Below, piece by piece: positions 25,901-38,700 of a stretch of 64,000 bases of DNA (position 1 is the first letter of the stretch; the number at the start of each line of letters is the position of its first letter). This DNA is from Styela clava (lineage: Eukaryota): positions 12,214,001-12,278,000 of the forward strand of contig NC_135250.1 of assembly GCF_964204865.1 (NCBI RefSeq), given 5' to 3'. Both the position numbers and the translations under genes were made by a program. Under the pieces are notes generated by a model, which was not told where the DNA came from, made no database searches, and saw only the letters and a program-made list of their open reading frames with translations.

Positions 25901-28900
25901 ATACGCTCGCCACCGCACCTCTAATTACTTTGCGTGGGTTCGCAGGTTCGAATCCCATGCAGGGATGGTTATGTGCGAAAGGATTGACTGCACATAAGGA
26001 TTGACTCCTCGCCGTCGTTGGGTGGTTCACGTAACCGCTGGTCGGTTACGGCTTCCTCCACCACCAAGTCCATGCTTCCGAAAACAAACAATATAACTAA
26101 TCCCATACCCGACTTGGAATGGTAACCGGACGGCCATATGAATAAGCCGTCTTATCGGCTTTCCTCTCCCCCGGGATAAATATGTAAATCCTATCTTATC
26201 CTTATCCTATCCTAGAGGCATCTGTACTTGGTAAAAATTAATTTCACTTGATAAATCTCAGTAAAATATAGTTGAGGAACGTAGATTTGTAACTATTTCT
26301 TCACCATTTATTTGTGCATTGCAATCGTTTTTAAATTTACTCATAGTACCAAATGTAATTTAAAAAAAATATAAATATATATATCTTTCCTATTTGTACC
26401 ACCCTAACAAACTCAGTCAGAACAGTTCTTACGTTATAATCCGACACGCATAGCACTCTTCAAAATACATGCATAAATTCTCAAAAATATGGCGAATCAC
26501 TGGCGAAAGGTACTTACCAGCATCTAAGCATGTTCCCACTTTGACACACTTAAGTTTATGCCAAATAGGATAATCGGAAGGGCATTGACAACCGGGGATA
26601 CACCTTCCGAACGCAGCGCTGGGTGTTTGTCGAGAGAAATTTACGATACAGTCCTCCTCGCTTTGCTGATAGTTGCTGCATGTTCTTGTACATTTTGGGC
26701 AATTACTCCATTTAAGTCTGCCTGGGCACACTGGTGGTTTAGTTGTTATTTCCACAGGAGGCAACAATGAGACAACAGGCAGTACTGTACAAATAAATAA
26801 AATATATCTATTAATTTTGATTATAATTCCTACGCTATATTGCAATATCTTCTAATTGCATTTTTGTGCTCTGGTCTACAGTTCAGGACAGCAAGTTTAT
26901 GGAAATCTATCCACATTTTGTCGGGACAGTAGGTGCCAGAAAATTGCATTGTACAACTTTGTTTGTACAATGAGCATATGCTCATTGGTTTGTTACACTT
27001 TTTGAATTTGTTCCAGATATAGATGATCGAGAGTATCCTAAAGAAGGTAATATACTTCAGGCAATGCTACTAACCTCTTTGTGGGGCTGTTACCGTTCTG
27101 CGAGTTGTGATAGGTTGTTTCGTGGTTTGCGGTCTTGATGGTGGCGAAGGTGGAGGTGGCGGCGTAGACTGGGCAGCGGAAGGTCTCGTTTGTGTCCGGG
27201 GAGTTGTGACCAATGGCCAGTTTGTTGGCCTTGCGGCTGTAGTCACTGGTGTTGTAGTTGGCCGACCAGTTCTATCTACTCGTCGCGTAGTTGATGGAAC
27301 CGAAGGACGAGGTCTGTTTACTGGCCGACCAGATGTAGCCATTCGTGATGAAGGAGAAGGCATGGTTGTCGGCCGCAATGTAACTTTGTCCGAACGTGTC
27401 ATGGGTGGTGTTGAAGGAGCTACTCTTCGAATTGGATCTTCCCCACCAATGATTGTATAAAGCAGCTGAAATCCTGAATATTGAACGCTGTCATCACTGT
27501 GCAATCTTATTCGAACAATACTCCCGTCCGTGTTAAACTTTTGCCATCCTGACTTTTTGCCGCATTCTTCAACAAGCACCGAACCCGGTATCGATCCTTC
27601 GATTATCAAATAGTCAACGCATCCTTCTTTGCAGATCCAATCTCGTTTAACCCAATCCCAATCACAGTCATCTCTGAAATGATTTATAATTTTTATCATG
27701 GTGATGCATATTTTAATGTTGTTATTACTTGATCGTAATTTGGGGTTTTGTCGTTTGGTTAATACAAATTTCATTTTCTAAACAATGAATTTCATCATGA
27801 CATTGTCTTAGTGTATTCCACCACGTTTTTTAATAGAATTTTTTTAGTTATTTGTCGAGCAATGTCACTTGAAGTGCTAAAGTCTAGATTCAACATTACT
27901 ATATCTTCTTGGATATAAGGAATTATATAATGAAAAGTTTGCATATGGCACTTTGAACGAACATTGATTGGTTATATATATATTCACGGAAATACATCAT
28001 CACGACGCCGAAGTAGACGCCCAACACCGGGATAAAACAGAACTTTTAACAACCTCGTCAACAATAAATTAAAATATACTACTTACGTTGATTGCTGCCT
28101 ATCTTCAAAATGAAAATCTAACATTTCAATCTCTATTGTTGAATTTCTAGGTCCCTTTATCACCCATGCGCAGTCTTGATTAGGCGGGTAAACGTTTGGG
28201 TAATTCTTCGAAGACACGATACCATATCTACTCTGCAGCAGCCTAATGTTCCCGTCGCAATCATTTATTGCTGAGTAAAAATTATACGAGTAGTATCATA
28301 TTAGAAATGCTCCGTATAAAATATAGCGCACAAATATAGCGATAGAAGATTGTTTGAACTAGTAATATCATAAGTCTTCTTCTGGTAGATGGGTACATGA
28401 TATATGGGAAAGTAACAACTGCACCAAAAACATACTAAATTTTTGATCAATAATATTCCAGATCTGACATTTTTTTTTAAAAACTGGCATAGGAGCATTT
28501 AATCCCTGCAATTTGTTCAACTACATTATGCCACGCATCAACGTTTCAACAAGAATCTTCTGATTAGTGATAGAGATCGCTTCCAAAATCTTATATATAC
28601 ATATGACTCAAGAATTCAAAGAGTATCAAAGAGTTTTGTCTGCATTAGGTACCGTTATAAATTTGACACCGTCGTCTCAAATTCTGGTCCCCATTTACAA
28701 TTTGTCTACAAACCTTCTCTCTCTCGTACGCGATTGTCACCAGAAAATTAGTCTCTTTCGTGTAATAGGACGCAATAAATGTTTTCTAACTTATACGCCA
28801 AATCAGGCTCGACCAACGAATGGAAATTTAGGTGCAATGACGAAGCGAAACTTGAATACTCTGTGGAGTTTTAGAATTACGTACAAAACAAGTCGTCATA

Positions 28901-30105
28901 GCCGCAGAGTTGAGATTAATTTGAATGCGTTCTCGAAAGGGAATGTTACGGACTGGTGCTGAATTATAAAACACGATTTTCTTTTCGTATTCGTTTGACG
29001 TTTTGACAAGTTTCGAAGATCATTCACTGAAATTTTACGAAGAATGTTTTGAAATTGGCTTTCATAAGATTGTTCTTATCCGTCATGACATGGAATTTGA
29101 ATTATATGCAAATATCATCATCACACCCATGTATAGTATGTAAAAAATCCTATATCTTAAATCAACGTCTTTAGACGTAAATTTCTATATTCAGTTTCAG
29201 ATTTCACATATAAAATCGGTTATATTCTTTCAATTAATTGTCAGTGGTAAAAATATATTGGTTTTTACCATATTATCATATAAAATTCGCAGTATCTAAG
29301 ACCTAGAATCTAGATAAAGAGTGTCAGGAGATACCAGAAACAATGATTAAACTTATATCAACCGCTTCTAAGCTTGTTGTGCATTTAGCCCTCATAATTG
29401 GAAAAATGAGTTTTTTCTCAATCGTTAAATTCAAAACTGTCTCACTGTAGCAGTCATCACAATCTTCGTCTTTCCCATAACAAATCCCATTGTCCATCAC
29501 GTCATCATTGCAACATGCTTGATATGTTTTTGTGCAATTCGTTTTGACTATACTGGAAATATATAATCGTCACATAAAGTTTGTGCAAATATAACAAAAT
29601 TTATATTATCATTCAATCAACAGTTATTTAAAAATTTCTGGTCAGTGATAATAACATATAGCGACTGTTTCATCAATAGCTAAATACGAACCATTGAAAC
29701 CTAGCAATAAATTTGGTCTGTTTATTTTGTTCATTTGCATCAAATTTTTCAATATCGATTCAGATTATTTGACTATTTGAGGATATACTTTAAGGATGTA
29801 CTAGAAGGTAACATTTAAAGTAACAGTTATCTAATAAATTATTATTATTTAACAAAAAACATTGATCACTATCAACCCCCACAGATGACATTTAGGTAAC
29901 TTCTGTACGGTAGTAAGAATCTCTGATGCTTTTACTGATTGAATTACAGTAAGAATTCTGCTATGATTCTTGAAAAGAAAATACTCTTCTTTTAAGGTAC
30001 CTGTAACAATTAGTAAATCCTGTTGCAATGCACAGATTCGGATCGTGTACTTGTTTTTCGCAAACACTTTCGTAAGTGTATGTACAATATTCCGTGGATC
30101 GGCGT
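19984..30105 (-). CDS. Mosaic S1A serine protease: Cys-rich repeats, CUB, Pro/Thr-rich linker, 3 TIL domains, trypsin domain
   Basis: Phase-consistent exons: 30001-30105, 29335-29552 (Cys-rich), 28087-28270 and 27075-27673 (CUB plus P/T/S/R linker), 26518-26784, 25270-25485, 24471-24650 (TIL-like), 23973-24029 ([11 protein letters not shown]|IVG), 22934-23093 (GSWPW, CGGTLI, LTASHC), 22375-22456, 21595-21808 (NDIAL, AGWG), 21052-21200 (VDTCP), 19984-20178 (GDSGGPLMC...PGVYTRV, TGA stop). The His/Asp/Ser triad and S1 Asp are intact. The start codon and signal exon are unresolved (upstream of 30105). Confidence 0.9.
21955..22175. mobile_element. MITE related to family A (variant internal sequence)
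   Basis: Aligns over ~210 bp with 47498-47713. Ends ggcactccagaagtgtgtgta / tacacacactacgggagtacc. Confidence 0.75.
22588..22885. mobile_element. Palindromic (foldback) MITE in a protease intron
   Basis: Perfect >40 bp inverted arms ttttctgtaaaacaagtatttgtgataaaaacagttaggttt / aaacctaactgtttttatcacaaatacttgttttacagaaaa, plus tandem aaattcgccg / cggcgaattt subterminal repeats. Confidence 0.85.
25867..26212 (+). mobile_element. tRNA-derived SINE, full length
   Basis: A box tggctcaatggg, B box ggttcgaatccc, (atcct)n tail, flanked by the direct repeat tagaggc (25860-25866 and 26213-26219). A near-identical copy is at 50933-51264. Confidence 0.9.
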
Positions 30106-33100
30106 CTGAGAAAGCAAGGGGGACGTTAGTCCTGGGGGTTCGAGTGAGCTCCAAGCAAAGAGTGATTATATAACATTATCAATCAATGCCCTAAATCGCT
30201 ATCATTCTAGTTCCTATATCGAAATTTTGAATTAAACCCATGAACTTAAAATGCATATAGACATTGAAAAAGCGAATTTCTCCAGAGAATTTTTTTATAT
30301 TGCCACCAAGCTCTTGTTTTTCTACAGATCTGCACAGTTTTAGCCTTCATCAACATTTGAATATACAATTTACACACTCGTTCTGCATCCACAGAATCAA
30401 ATTTACAGCAGAACAGAAATACTGCTTTATGAAGAGGGGCACTACATAAATTTTAAATCCTGTAGCTCACGTGCTCAAAGCATAAAATGTGCAAGAAATA
30501 CTGTATATATATATACTAGATATATATGTTAGAACATATTAACGACGTTATTAAGATTCTATTTTAAGTAAATTTACAACATGTGAAATATCAGTAAAAT
30601 TGTCATTACAAATTAATTCAGTACGCATTTTCCTAAAAAACATTTAATATACGCATACGGCTTCCACTTATATTAATACATACGAAAACTATCCATTTTC
30701 AATTAATTATTGCATGGGAATTCGTACTGACAAAGCTTTGATATTAAACAAACTCACTTTCTTTTTGATCTTTCTAAAAAGTTTGACGTTGAACCTCTTA
30801 TGATGAAAAAAATTATTCCAATTATGACACCTGTTTTGTACATTATAGAATAAATTTTTTTTTTTTTCACTTTGGTCTAGCTTGAAATCACTGTGACAAG
30901 ATGAAGAAAACAGAATAAAGTTGATGAATAATGAGTTTGCAAAATTAAAATGGTCTTAATTAATATTATAAAAGTTATTCAAAAAGTGCCTACGATTTCG
31001 TAGAATTCTTACGTTTAAAAAATCATTTGAAACGTTTTTCTTTGAAATTTAAGTTTTTTGAATTAAATAGTATGGAGCACGGGGTGACGAAAAATAGCGA
31101 ATCGCGCGAAAAATTGTTCTTACTGGATGATACACGATAGGCACCGACGAAATCCCAAACGCACTCTCGCGGCTGTCGTAAAATGCCCTTTGGTGTACTA
31201 CTGCATGGCCGTCAAGCACCGAGCGATCGGCGGGTTTATAGTTTCGCACGACTATGTGCTGGATTTGTTCGCATTGACTGACTGGTGTACCACTGTTAAG
31301 TTATATGAGATGTCACTGGTTTGTACGTATGGAAGGCAAATTAGCAAGTTCTTCTTTTTCTAATTAAATGCCCATAACCCTTCAAGCATACTTCCCCATC
31401 CTTACAATGCTAATGCAGCCTTGCACGAGAGGAATGCAATGTTCGTTGTCAGTCGTCGGTATCTCGAAAATCACAGGTTCTTAAGTTTGCCCTTTATATC
31501 CCTCCGACTCAGTGTCTGAATCTCCGTAATATATTAGAATGAATTAAATACTCTTTATATTAGTTTACGCCTTACGCGATATGAAATACAATGTGATGTT
31601 ATTGCATCCATATTTTGGGATCGCTAGAAAGCGCTGCAATCATATAGTATTGAAAAAACAGGTTTTGTGTATTCAATATGTACAGGATTTTCTAATGCTT
31701 TTACCACTGAGCCAATCGTTGAATAACTGAGTAACTGAAAAATGCGGAAACCGAATGTACCGTACCTATTTCATATAAAGTGATTGCTAATTTCTAAAAA
31801 TCTCCGTCCTTCGCTCAATGTGTTCATTCTCAATTCCCTGTTCATCTCAAAACTGCTACATCTCAACAACAACAGTTTTGCATTTTTATCTATAGATATA
31901 TCCTTTTCGTCAAACGAAAATTTGTAAAAACGTGATACTTCAGAAGGTCAGATGGCTCTAAATTGCATATAAAATCAAAACAGAAACGTACTACTTAATG
32001 ATATCATCGCCTAGATCTTGTCTCAACCTCATGGTACTACGACGTGCTAGCCGCTTGTGGCTTGTGAAGTTCCGCTATCAGTTTTATACGCTAAAATAAA
32101 GAAAGAGACGGAGTGGCGTGTTACGTCATAATATTTAACCTATCATCTACCATTCATAATCTTTCTTGGCAAAGGAGTCATTTTCTTGAAAATGAAACGA
32201 CAATTAGGCACTAGGAAATTAGGATATTGATTTGGCTTAGTTACGCTAATTTAATTTAATTGCTCCTTTTAACTCCTTTTAACGTGTTTTTGTAGAAAGT
32301 AAAGCAAAATCAAACTGACATTTAACAACGAACTAATCCCATAATTACCATTCATCGGTATTTCAGTCATAAACACTGAGCCTGGATTGAGTTTATCGAT
32401 AATCCGACATAACTTATGCTCTATGCTTGCGTGAAAATTGCTATATTGACGGCAAAATTTCTGTAGTGCGCCAAATATAGGTGCATTTTACAGATTTTCA
32501 ATTCTATACTTAAATCTCGTAATTACGTATGGAATTAATTAATATATCCAATAATCCATCCTATATTTCTAGTTAGCGACAATGTATTATTTGATTTTAA
32601 CCAAATATAATATAATTTCTGCTCCTAGGATAACGATTTAACAGAATTAGTCAGATTGATAGCAAACTATTATCATTAGTGGTTCCGTGACTAAAATACA
32701 CCCGGTGTTTATAGGAATAAGAGGTCTTTAACCACGTGCCCCCAGGGGCGCTGTGGTTTGGGAGACAGTTGCAAGATATATGCCCTCAATTTGCCTCACA
32801 CATTCAAACTATTGGTTTTATGGCAAGGCATTCGTTTTATACGTATAAACATAAAATCTGATAAATAAAAACTGATCACGCCGGAGGGGTTTTGAGCCGA
32901 CATGTGCTCCTCATTAATGTGTATACTTGTTCACCGATACGAATGATAACAAAGATGAATAATATGATTAGATATAAAAAAAAAATAACGATAAATGGCA
33001 GAATTTTTTGCTCGTTATTTTAAATTAGCAAATAATCTGATATATCGTTACGAAGCATCGTACGTTACTAAATAAGTAGGCGGGCTGCTGGACTTTGGAA

Positions 33101-34079
33101 TTGATTTACCGTGCCTTATAATTAATGAACTAGCTTTTTAAAAGGGGTTCGTTCATCTGATAAGAATATTTAAAAAATGGTTCTTTGTTACCAAAAGCTA
33201 ACCATTAATCAGCAAACATTTTTAAAATAAAAAATATATTATCAAGAACGATTGTGTATTTTTATTTTTTCCCAAAGCGCTCGTTTCGATATGAATTGAA
33301 TGAGTCATTCTATGAAGCGGAATACCGAACACATGTATTTGTTTATGTGTATATATTATTCCATGCCTATATTATGTTCTAACATAATGTCATGGTATGT
33401 CAGTGTCGATAGCAGAAAAAACACTGCTTAATGTTTTCAAGTTTTATGTAATTCGTTTTTTTTTGCGTTTTAATGACAAATCATACAAAATAAGCCACAA
33501 AAAGATCATATAGAATGATATTAAACTACGAATTGAATTGTTTATAGCCTTTGAGCGTAGGCTACTATTTATAAAAAAAAAAAAATATTCAAAGCACTAG
33601 ATACTACAAATACACAAAATAAAAAATCATAAATAATCATCACAGCAGCGCAGTTACGTGAAGGAGTGAACTTTTTCATTTGTCCTTGATTTGCTCGGAT
33701 CGAATTAAAATAAAAAGTCGAAAATATGACTCATAAAATAGCTTCGTGCTTGGAAAATCGTTCCTAGCAACAAAATTTGGCCTTACTTCACATACTACAA
33801 CACTAACTTTTGAACAAAATATCGATTAAATTTGAAAGATTTGGAACCAGTATTATGGAATCCACCATCGCCGAAATAGAGCCGAGATTCGATCTTTTGT
33901 GCGAGGATATCCAAGCACATTGGTCTCATCAAAGATATTATCACTTCTTAATATTTCCTGTGTTGTTAAATTTTACTTTAGTTTTTATTTTAGTTCCTGA
34001 GAGTCGAGAGAAAAATCGGGCCGCGCCAAGTGGGTCATGATAAACACTGGGCTGGATGATTTTGTTTTTTAAAGAAATT

Positions 34080-34318
34080 TGGGTACTCTCGAAGTATGTG
34101 AACCAAGATGGCGGACACCGGAACGTAGTATGTGTACCAGGTTGGGGTTAGGCTACAATTCCAGGTACAAATACTACAGGAGTCCCTTGGCTAGTCCCCG
34201 AACACGTAATATAACTAAAATAAGGAAAATTGGAATAAAATTATGGCGTAACCCTAACCTAGTACACATACTACGTTCCGGTGTCCGCCATCTTGGTACG
34301 CATACTTCAGGAGTACCG
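34080..34318. mobile_element. Palindromic MITE family A, long form
   Basis: ~70 bp inverted arms ggtact..gaagtatgtgaaccaagatggcggacaccggaacgtagtatgtgtacc. A sister copy is at 61550-61786. Confidence 0.85.
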
Positions 34319-34788
34319 AAATTCATGTTATCTTTTTCCAAAGAAATTTCCCCTTGTGACATTTTCACTCATTTAGATACTCTTCTGACAGTGTTGACTT
34401 GAAGTTCTCTATTGAGCTCTAACTCCCGGCATCTCTGCCAGAAAGATAAACTTATGTACAAGTGTGAGTGCGTCATACATTCTTATCGGTATTCTTAGCA
34501 GTTTAGTTTTTGGGAACTTGCTTTGACCAAACTTGGAAGGAAAAATTAATATCGGCCTGAAAAGTTAAGCCAAGGCTTGACAATACAGAGTTTGCAACCT
34601 ATAACATTAAGTTTTGAGCTCATTATGAAATACGATCCTAGAGAACAACTCTGTTAGCAGTACCACCTAGCTATAAAAATGGGAGATATCACTGCTAAAT
34701 CCACAACGCAAAGTTAAAAACATACATATTACCTACTCGCTGTACTGGTAATATTTGAACAGTGTCCTAACGGCACTAACATCTGGAC

Positions 34789-35046
34789 CGAGGTGGTCCA
34801 AGATTGGCAGCTCCGCTAGCCACAAATTAACTTTTGCATTGTTCGCGGGCCACAATATTGCCAAAAACTTCGCTAGTTGCCTCAGCAAGCTATAACACTA
34901 GTCAATTCAGTGACATTAGTGATGCAACGGTATGTCAAAAATTTTTTGGTTAATTTCATGATGAAACAACACGAAATGCGATTTTTTGATTCCGCTCCGA
35001 ATGTGACGCGAGCCACATGTGGCCCGCGGGCCTAGACCACCCTGAT
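34789..35046. mobile_element. hAT-like MITE (diverged)
   Basis: Ends gaggtggtcca / tagaccaccctg, with subterminal gcgggcc(aca) motifs. Confidence 0.55.
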
Positions 35047-35738
35047 CTAAATCCTATCCACATCATGCATTTGATAAGACAAAACTGAGAGAGATTGGCT
35101 ATGTGTTCACTCTTAAAGAGCGCTGTCGAATACCACCCAGTCACTATAGATAAAACATATTACACATGAACAATAAATTAGAGAGCTTGTATTTTTGCAG
35201 TTGCCCAAGATTTTTATAACTAAAACAACATACATCAGTTAAAAGACATAGTTTCTGAAGATAAGTCAGAAGACTGTTCATAGAAACATGCTCCCACAAG
35301 AAGTCAGACTCATATCATAGACAATACACATTTCTCACAATATAATATACAGTATATAATTAAAAAATCGTAGAAATTGAAAAATTATAAAGTTGACTAC
35401 ATTTTTTTTCTTTATACAAGTGTATGAAACTGGTGTTATAAAGTATGTTCAACTCAAGTGACAGTATTAAGTGCAGTGAATCAAACAAAAATTTATCAGC
35501 ACTTATTAATCTTGTTTTTTTTTAATCAAGTACCCAGTGGTAAAATAATTCAGTAAAATCAATAGGTAGTGCAGAGAAATCCTTTGAATATCCCATTTTG
35601 ATCAATTTCACCCCGTTGAATACCAATTCAACTCAATTATTTTGTTCATTAGATTGCTTAGTCTGAAAGGGGTTTCTTTGTGAAATTTGACTTTTCATCT
35701 TTTGTAAATCACTTAATTTGAGTAATATTTGAATTTCA

Positions 35739-38700
35739 TCATACTTTACTTTTAATACCATTTATTTTTTCGTCACTAGGTTCTGAAGCTGTTATAAGGT
35801 TTGGAGGCGAGATAGCATCACCCTGATTTGCAGCTTTTACAAACTCAAAAGCAGCTTGGCTATCTAAATGTTCTATGGTTACAGAAGGTGACGAATCGCG
35901 TTCTTCTGCTAAAATTGGAGTCGATAGTGATGTACATTCGTAACAAGGTTGCGGACCAATCGCAGATGAATTGTTTGTGTTGTATTGCTCGTGAGAGTGG
36001 TGTGATACTGACACTATTGGACCACCACTGTCAGAAAATTGAGGTGCACGACTTTGTTCAAGGCTATCAAACCCATTTGTTACTTGACCAGATGGTGCGG
36101 GAGCCGAATATTGAGGTTGCTTTGGGTACTGGGGTTGTCTTGGATAACTAGCACCCTTTGTGTCATACTCATCTTCAGTACTAACTACGCCACTGTCCTG
36201 AAAATACAAAAAAAATAAAAATAAAAAATTAACAGCTATATTTTGGTTAGAATATCGATAACATAGAATAGGATTCTGATATCTATCCTGGGAAGAGGAA
36301 AGCTGACAATATGACTTGATCAAATGGCAAACCTTGGGTCTGGTTACAAGTCCATGTCAGGTCTAGGAATTGTTAGCCAGTTATTTATTTCAGATGCATG
36401 GACTGGATGGTAGAACAAGCCGTAACCGACCAGCACTTATGTTAACCACCCTTTGACAGCTACAAGTTTAGCTCTTGAACATAATTATCCCACACAACAT
36501 TCGAACATGTTTACCCAGATAGGGTAATCAGATATGCAATGGCAATCGCAGTCCCAACGCTTTGTTGAGTTTGCATTTAGGGAATCTAAAATTAAACTTG
36601 AATATCAAATTTGGGAATTCTGATAAAGAGTTTTTTTGTGTTAAACTGAATCAATATTGAAGCAAAGTCGTTATTTAATTAACTGATAAAATAAAATACA
36701 CTCGAAATACCAAATAAGTAAATTAGACATTGTTTAGGTCACAACCACCTCATGCCAGTGCACAGCACAGAATATTAATAACATCAAAATACACACAATT
36801 CACTGTACAACCAGGTCACTAATAGTGATTTCAAGGAAAGTTAATTAGGTTGATTAGAAATAGCTACGATTCCATGCATTATTGTAAATCATAATTGGTG
36901 TATTATATCATATTGCATGAGTAATGGTTTTAGTTGAGAGCAGTATAACCTGCACTGCTTAGGAGCCCCTACACACAAGGTTAGGTAATTGTATTTTTAT
37001 GCTAATTTTCTGACTTTTATGAAGTCATGTCTTCATGTTTCAAAAAAAAGTTCATCATGAGGAGGTAGAAATCAAGTCTAAAGATTGTAGAAAATGACAG
37101 TGTATATTGTGAACATGACAACATAGTTAAATGGAATTGAGTCAGAAGTAGTGGTGGCGATCCCAAGTGTTCATTAGGAAAATGAATCATTTTATGCATT
37201 ATTAATATTTGATCACTTTTTATATGCTATATTTTCACCATTGGGTAAGGGTTAAAAATCTTGCGGTTATAGCCGTCAAAGCGAGCAATGGTAAGTACGC
37301 CGGCCACCGTAATTAGGCCCAAGAGAGGTAATATGACCATAGTAACAATATGCTGCTATAGCAAATGCAAAACTTAGTGTTAAAGCTAAATAATAATATA
37401 TACCAATAAAAAGGCATAATCATCCTTGATACATTGTCCCATGCAAACAGATATTCCAGGCTTTAAAGTTATTATCCTGATTAGGGATAAATTAATACGC
37501 AAAGGAAGTGTGATGTTATGGTAATAAGATACATGTAGAATTAATATTGAGGCCAAATATCACAATACCAGTAAATATAAATGATTTAAAATGACCATTT
37601 CCAAACATAAAATATAGCTTGTGAACCAGGCTTTATGCTTCTGATCCTTCTTTAGGATAGTTTTCGTGATTTTTATTATTTCATATTCATACCAGATATT
37701 TCATTTCTAAACCTAAAAACTTCAGTTTGCCTAATATTGTATTTGTACCTAAAAGTTTGAGTGATCTACGGCGCTTTGTGCAAAAGTTATGTTATCTCCA
37801 CAATATGTTCCAAATGATCTGGTTTCTGTAATAAGTCCGTTGGCCTATATTACCATAATAAGTAAATCCACACCGACAGATAATTTAGAGAAGTTTTGCT
37901 GAACCAAAAAAATGGCCATTACAGAAGTCGTAGTTTAAATGGCTGCTTACTGGACTTGAGAGTTGAAAGTGAACAATAAACACAAAATTAAAAACATAAA
38001 TTTCCATTCACTTCAAAAGCAGTACAAGGTATATTAATTTGTAATTGTAAGCAAGTTACGACTCAATTTGATTGCAAGACATGAAATACAGTTAGTCTAC
38101 AACATGGATTCATAAACAGCTACTCAGAATTTAACTACCGGGTGAAATAAACTGCCATTTAGTAGATTTAAGTGGTATTTTTGGATGAATGAATGTATGC
38201 ATGTCGAGAAAAAATCAGATAGTCAAGAAACATTAACATTAGCTAGAAATATAGCTTCAGCATAATTAAACCTGGGCAGCAAATTCTGACAAGCTGTTAG
38301 ACAAAGACAAAATCAGCAAGCATCATTTCTAACCATTTTGTTTGGCTGTGCAACATACGTTACTCCGTTAGAGACTCCCTGTGATGGTCCAGCTCCAGCG
38401 TCTTCAATAACCTCTTCTAGATCTGCATTTTCGACAGCTAAACCTCGTCTGTCAATCATAGATGGGGGTACAGGCCCACAAAGGATGTACCTAAAATTTG
38501 AGAGACAACCTCCTTGATCGAATGGATTTCGAGCATTTTTGTTTCTTTTCTTCGACCACGTTCCTTTAATCTAGACGAAAAATTGAGTTGTTAGATAAGT
38601 AACAAAATGGAAGTATATCGTTATTTAGTTCAGGGTGATTACAATTTACAACACCCCAAAAACTACAATCCAAGGAATACAATTCATTTAGGTGGAATAG

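Noticed and set aside
25867-25960. tRNA gene
   Set aside because: The A/B boxes belong to a SINE with a body, tail and TSD; there is no cloverleaf.
27107-27460. Plus-strand Gly/Val-rich 117 aa ORF
   Set aside because: It is the antisense shadow of the Pro/Thr linker exon.
31124-32090. Candidate promoter and first exons of the protease (TATAAAA 32088-32082, ATG 32032, open segment 31124-31292)
   Set aside because: No signal peptide results, and phases could not be joined to exon 30105. Left unresolved.
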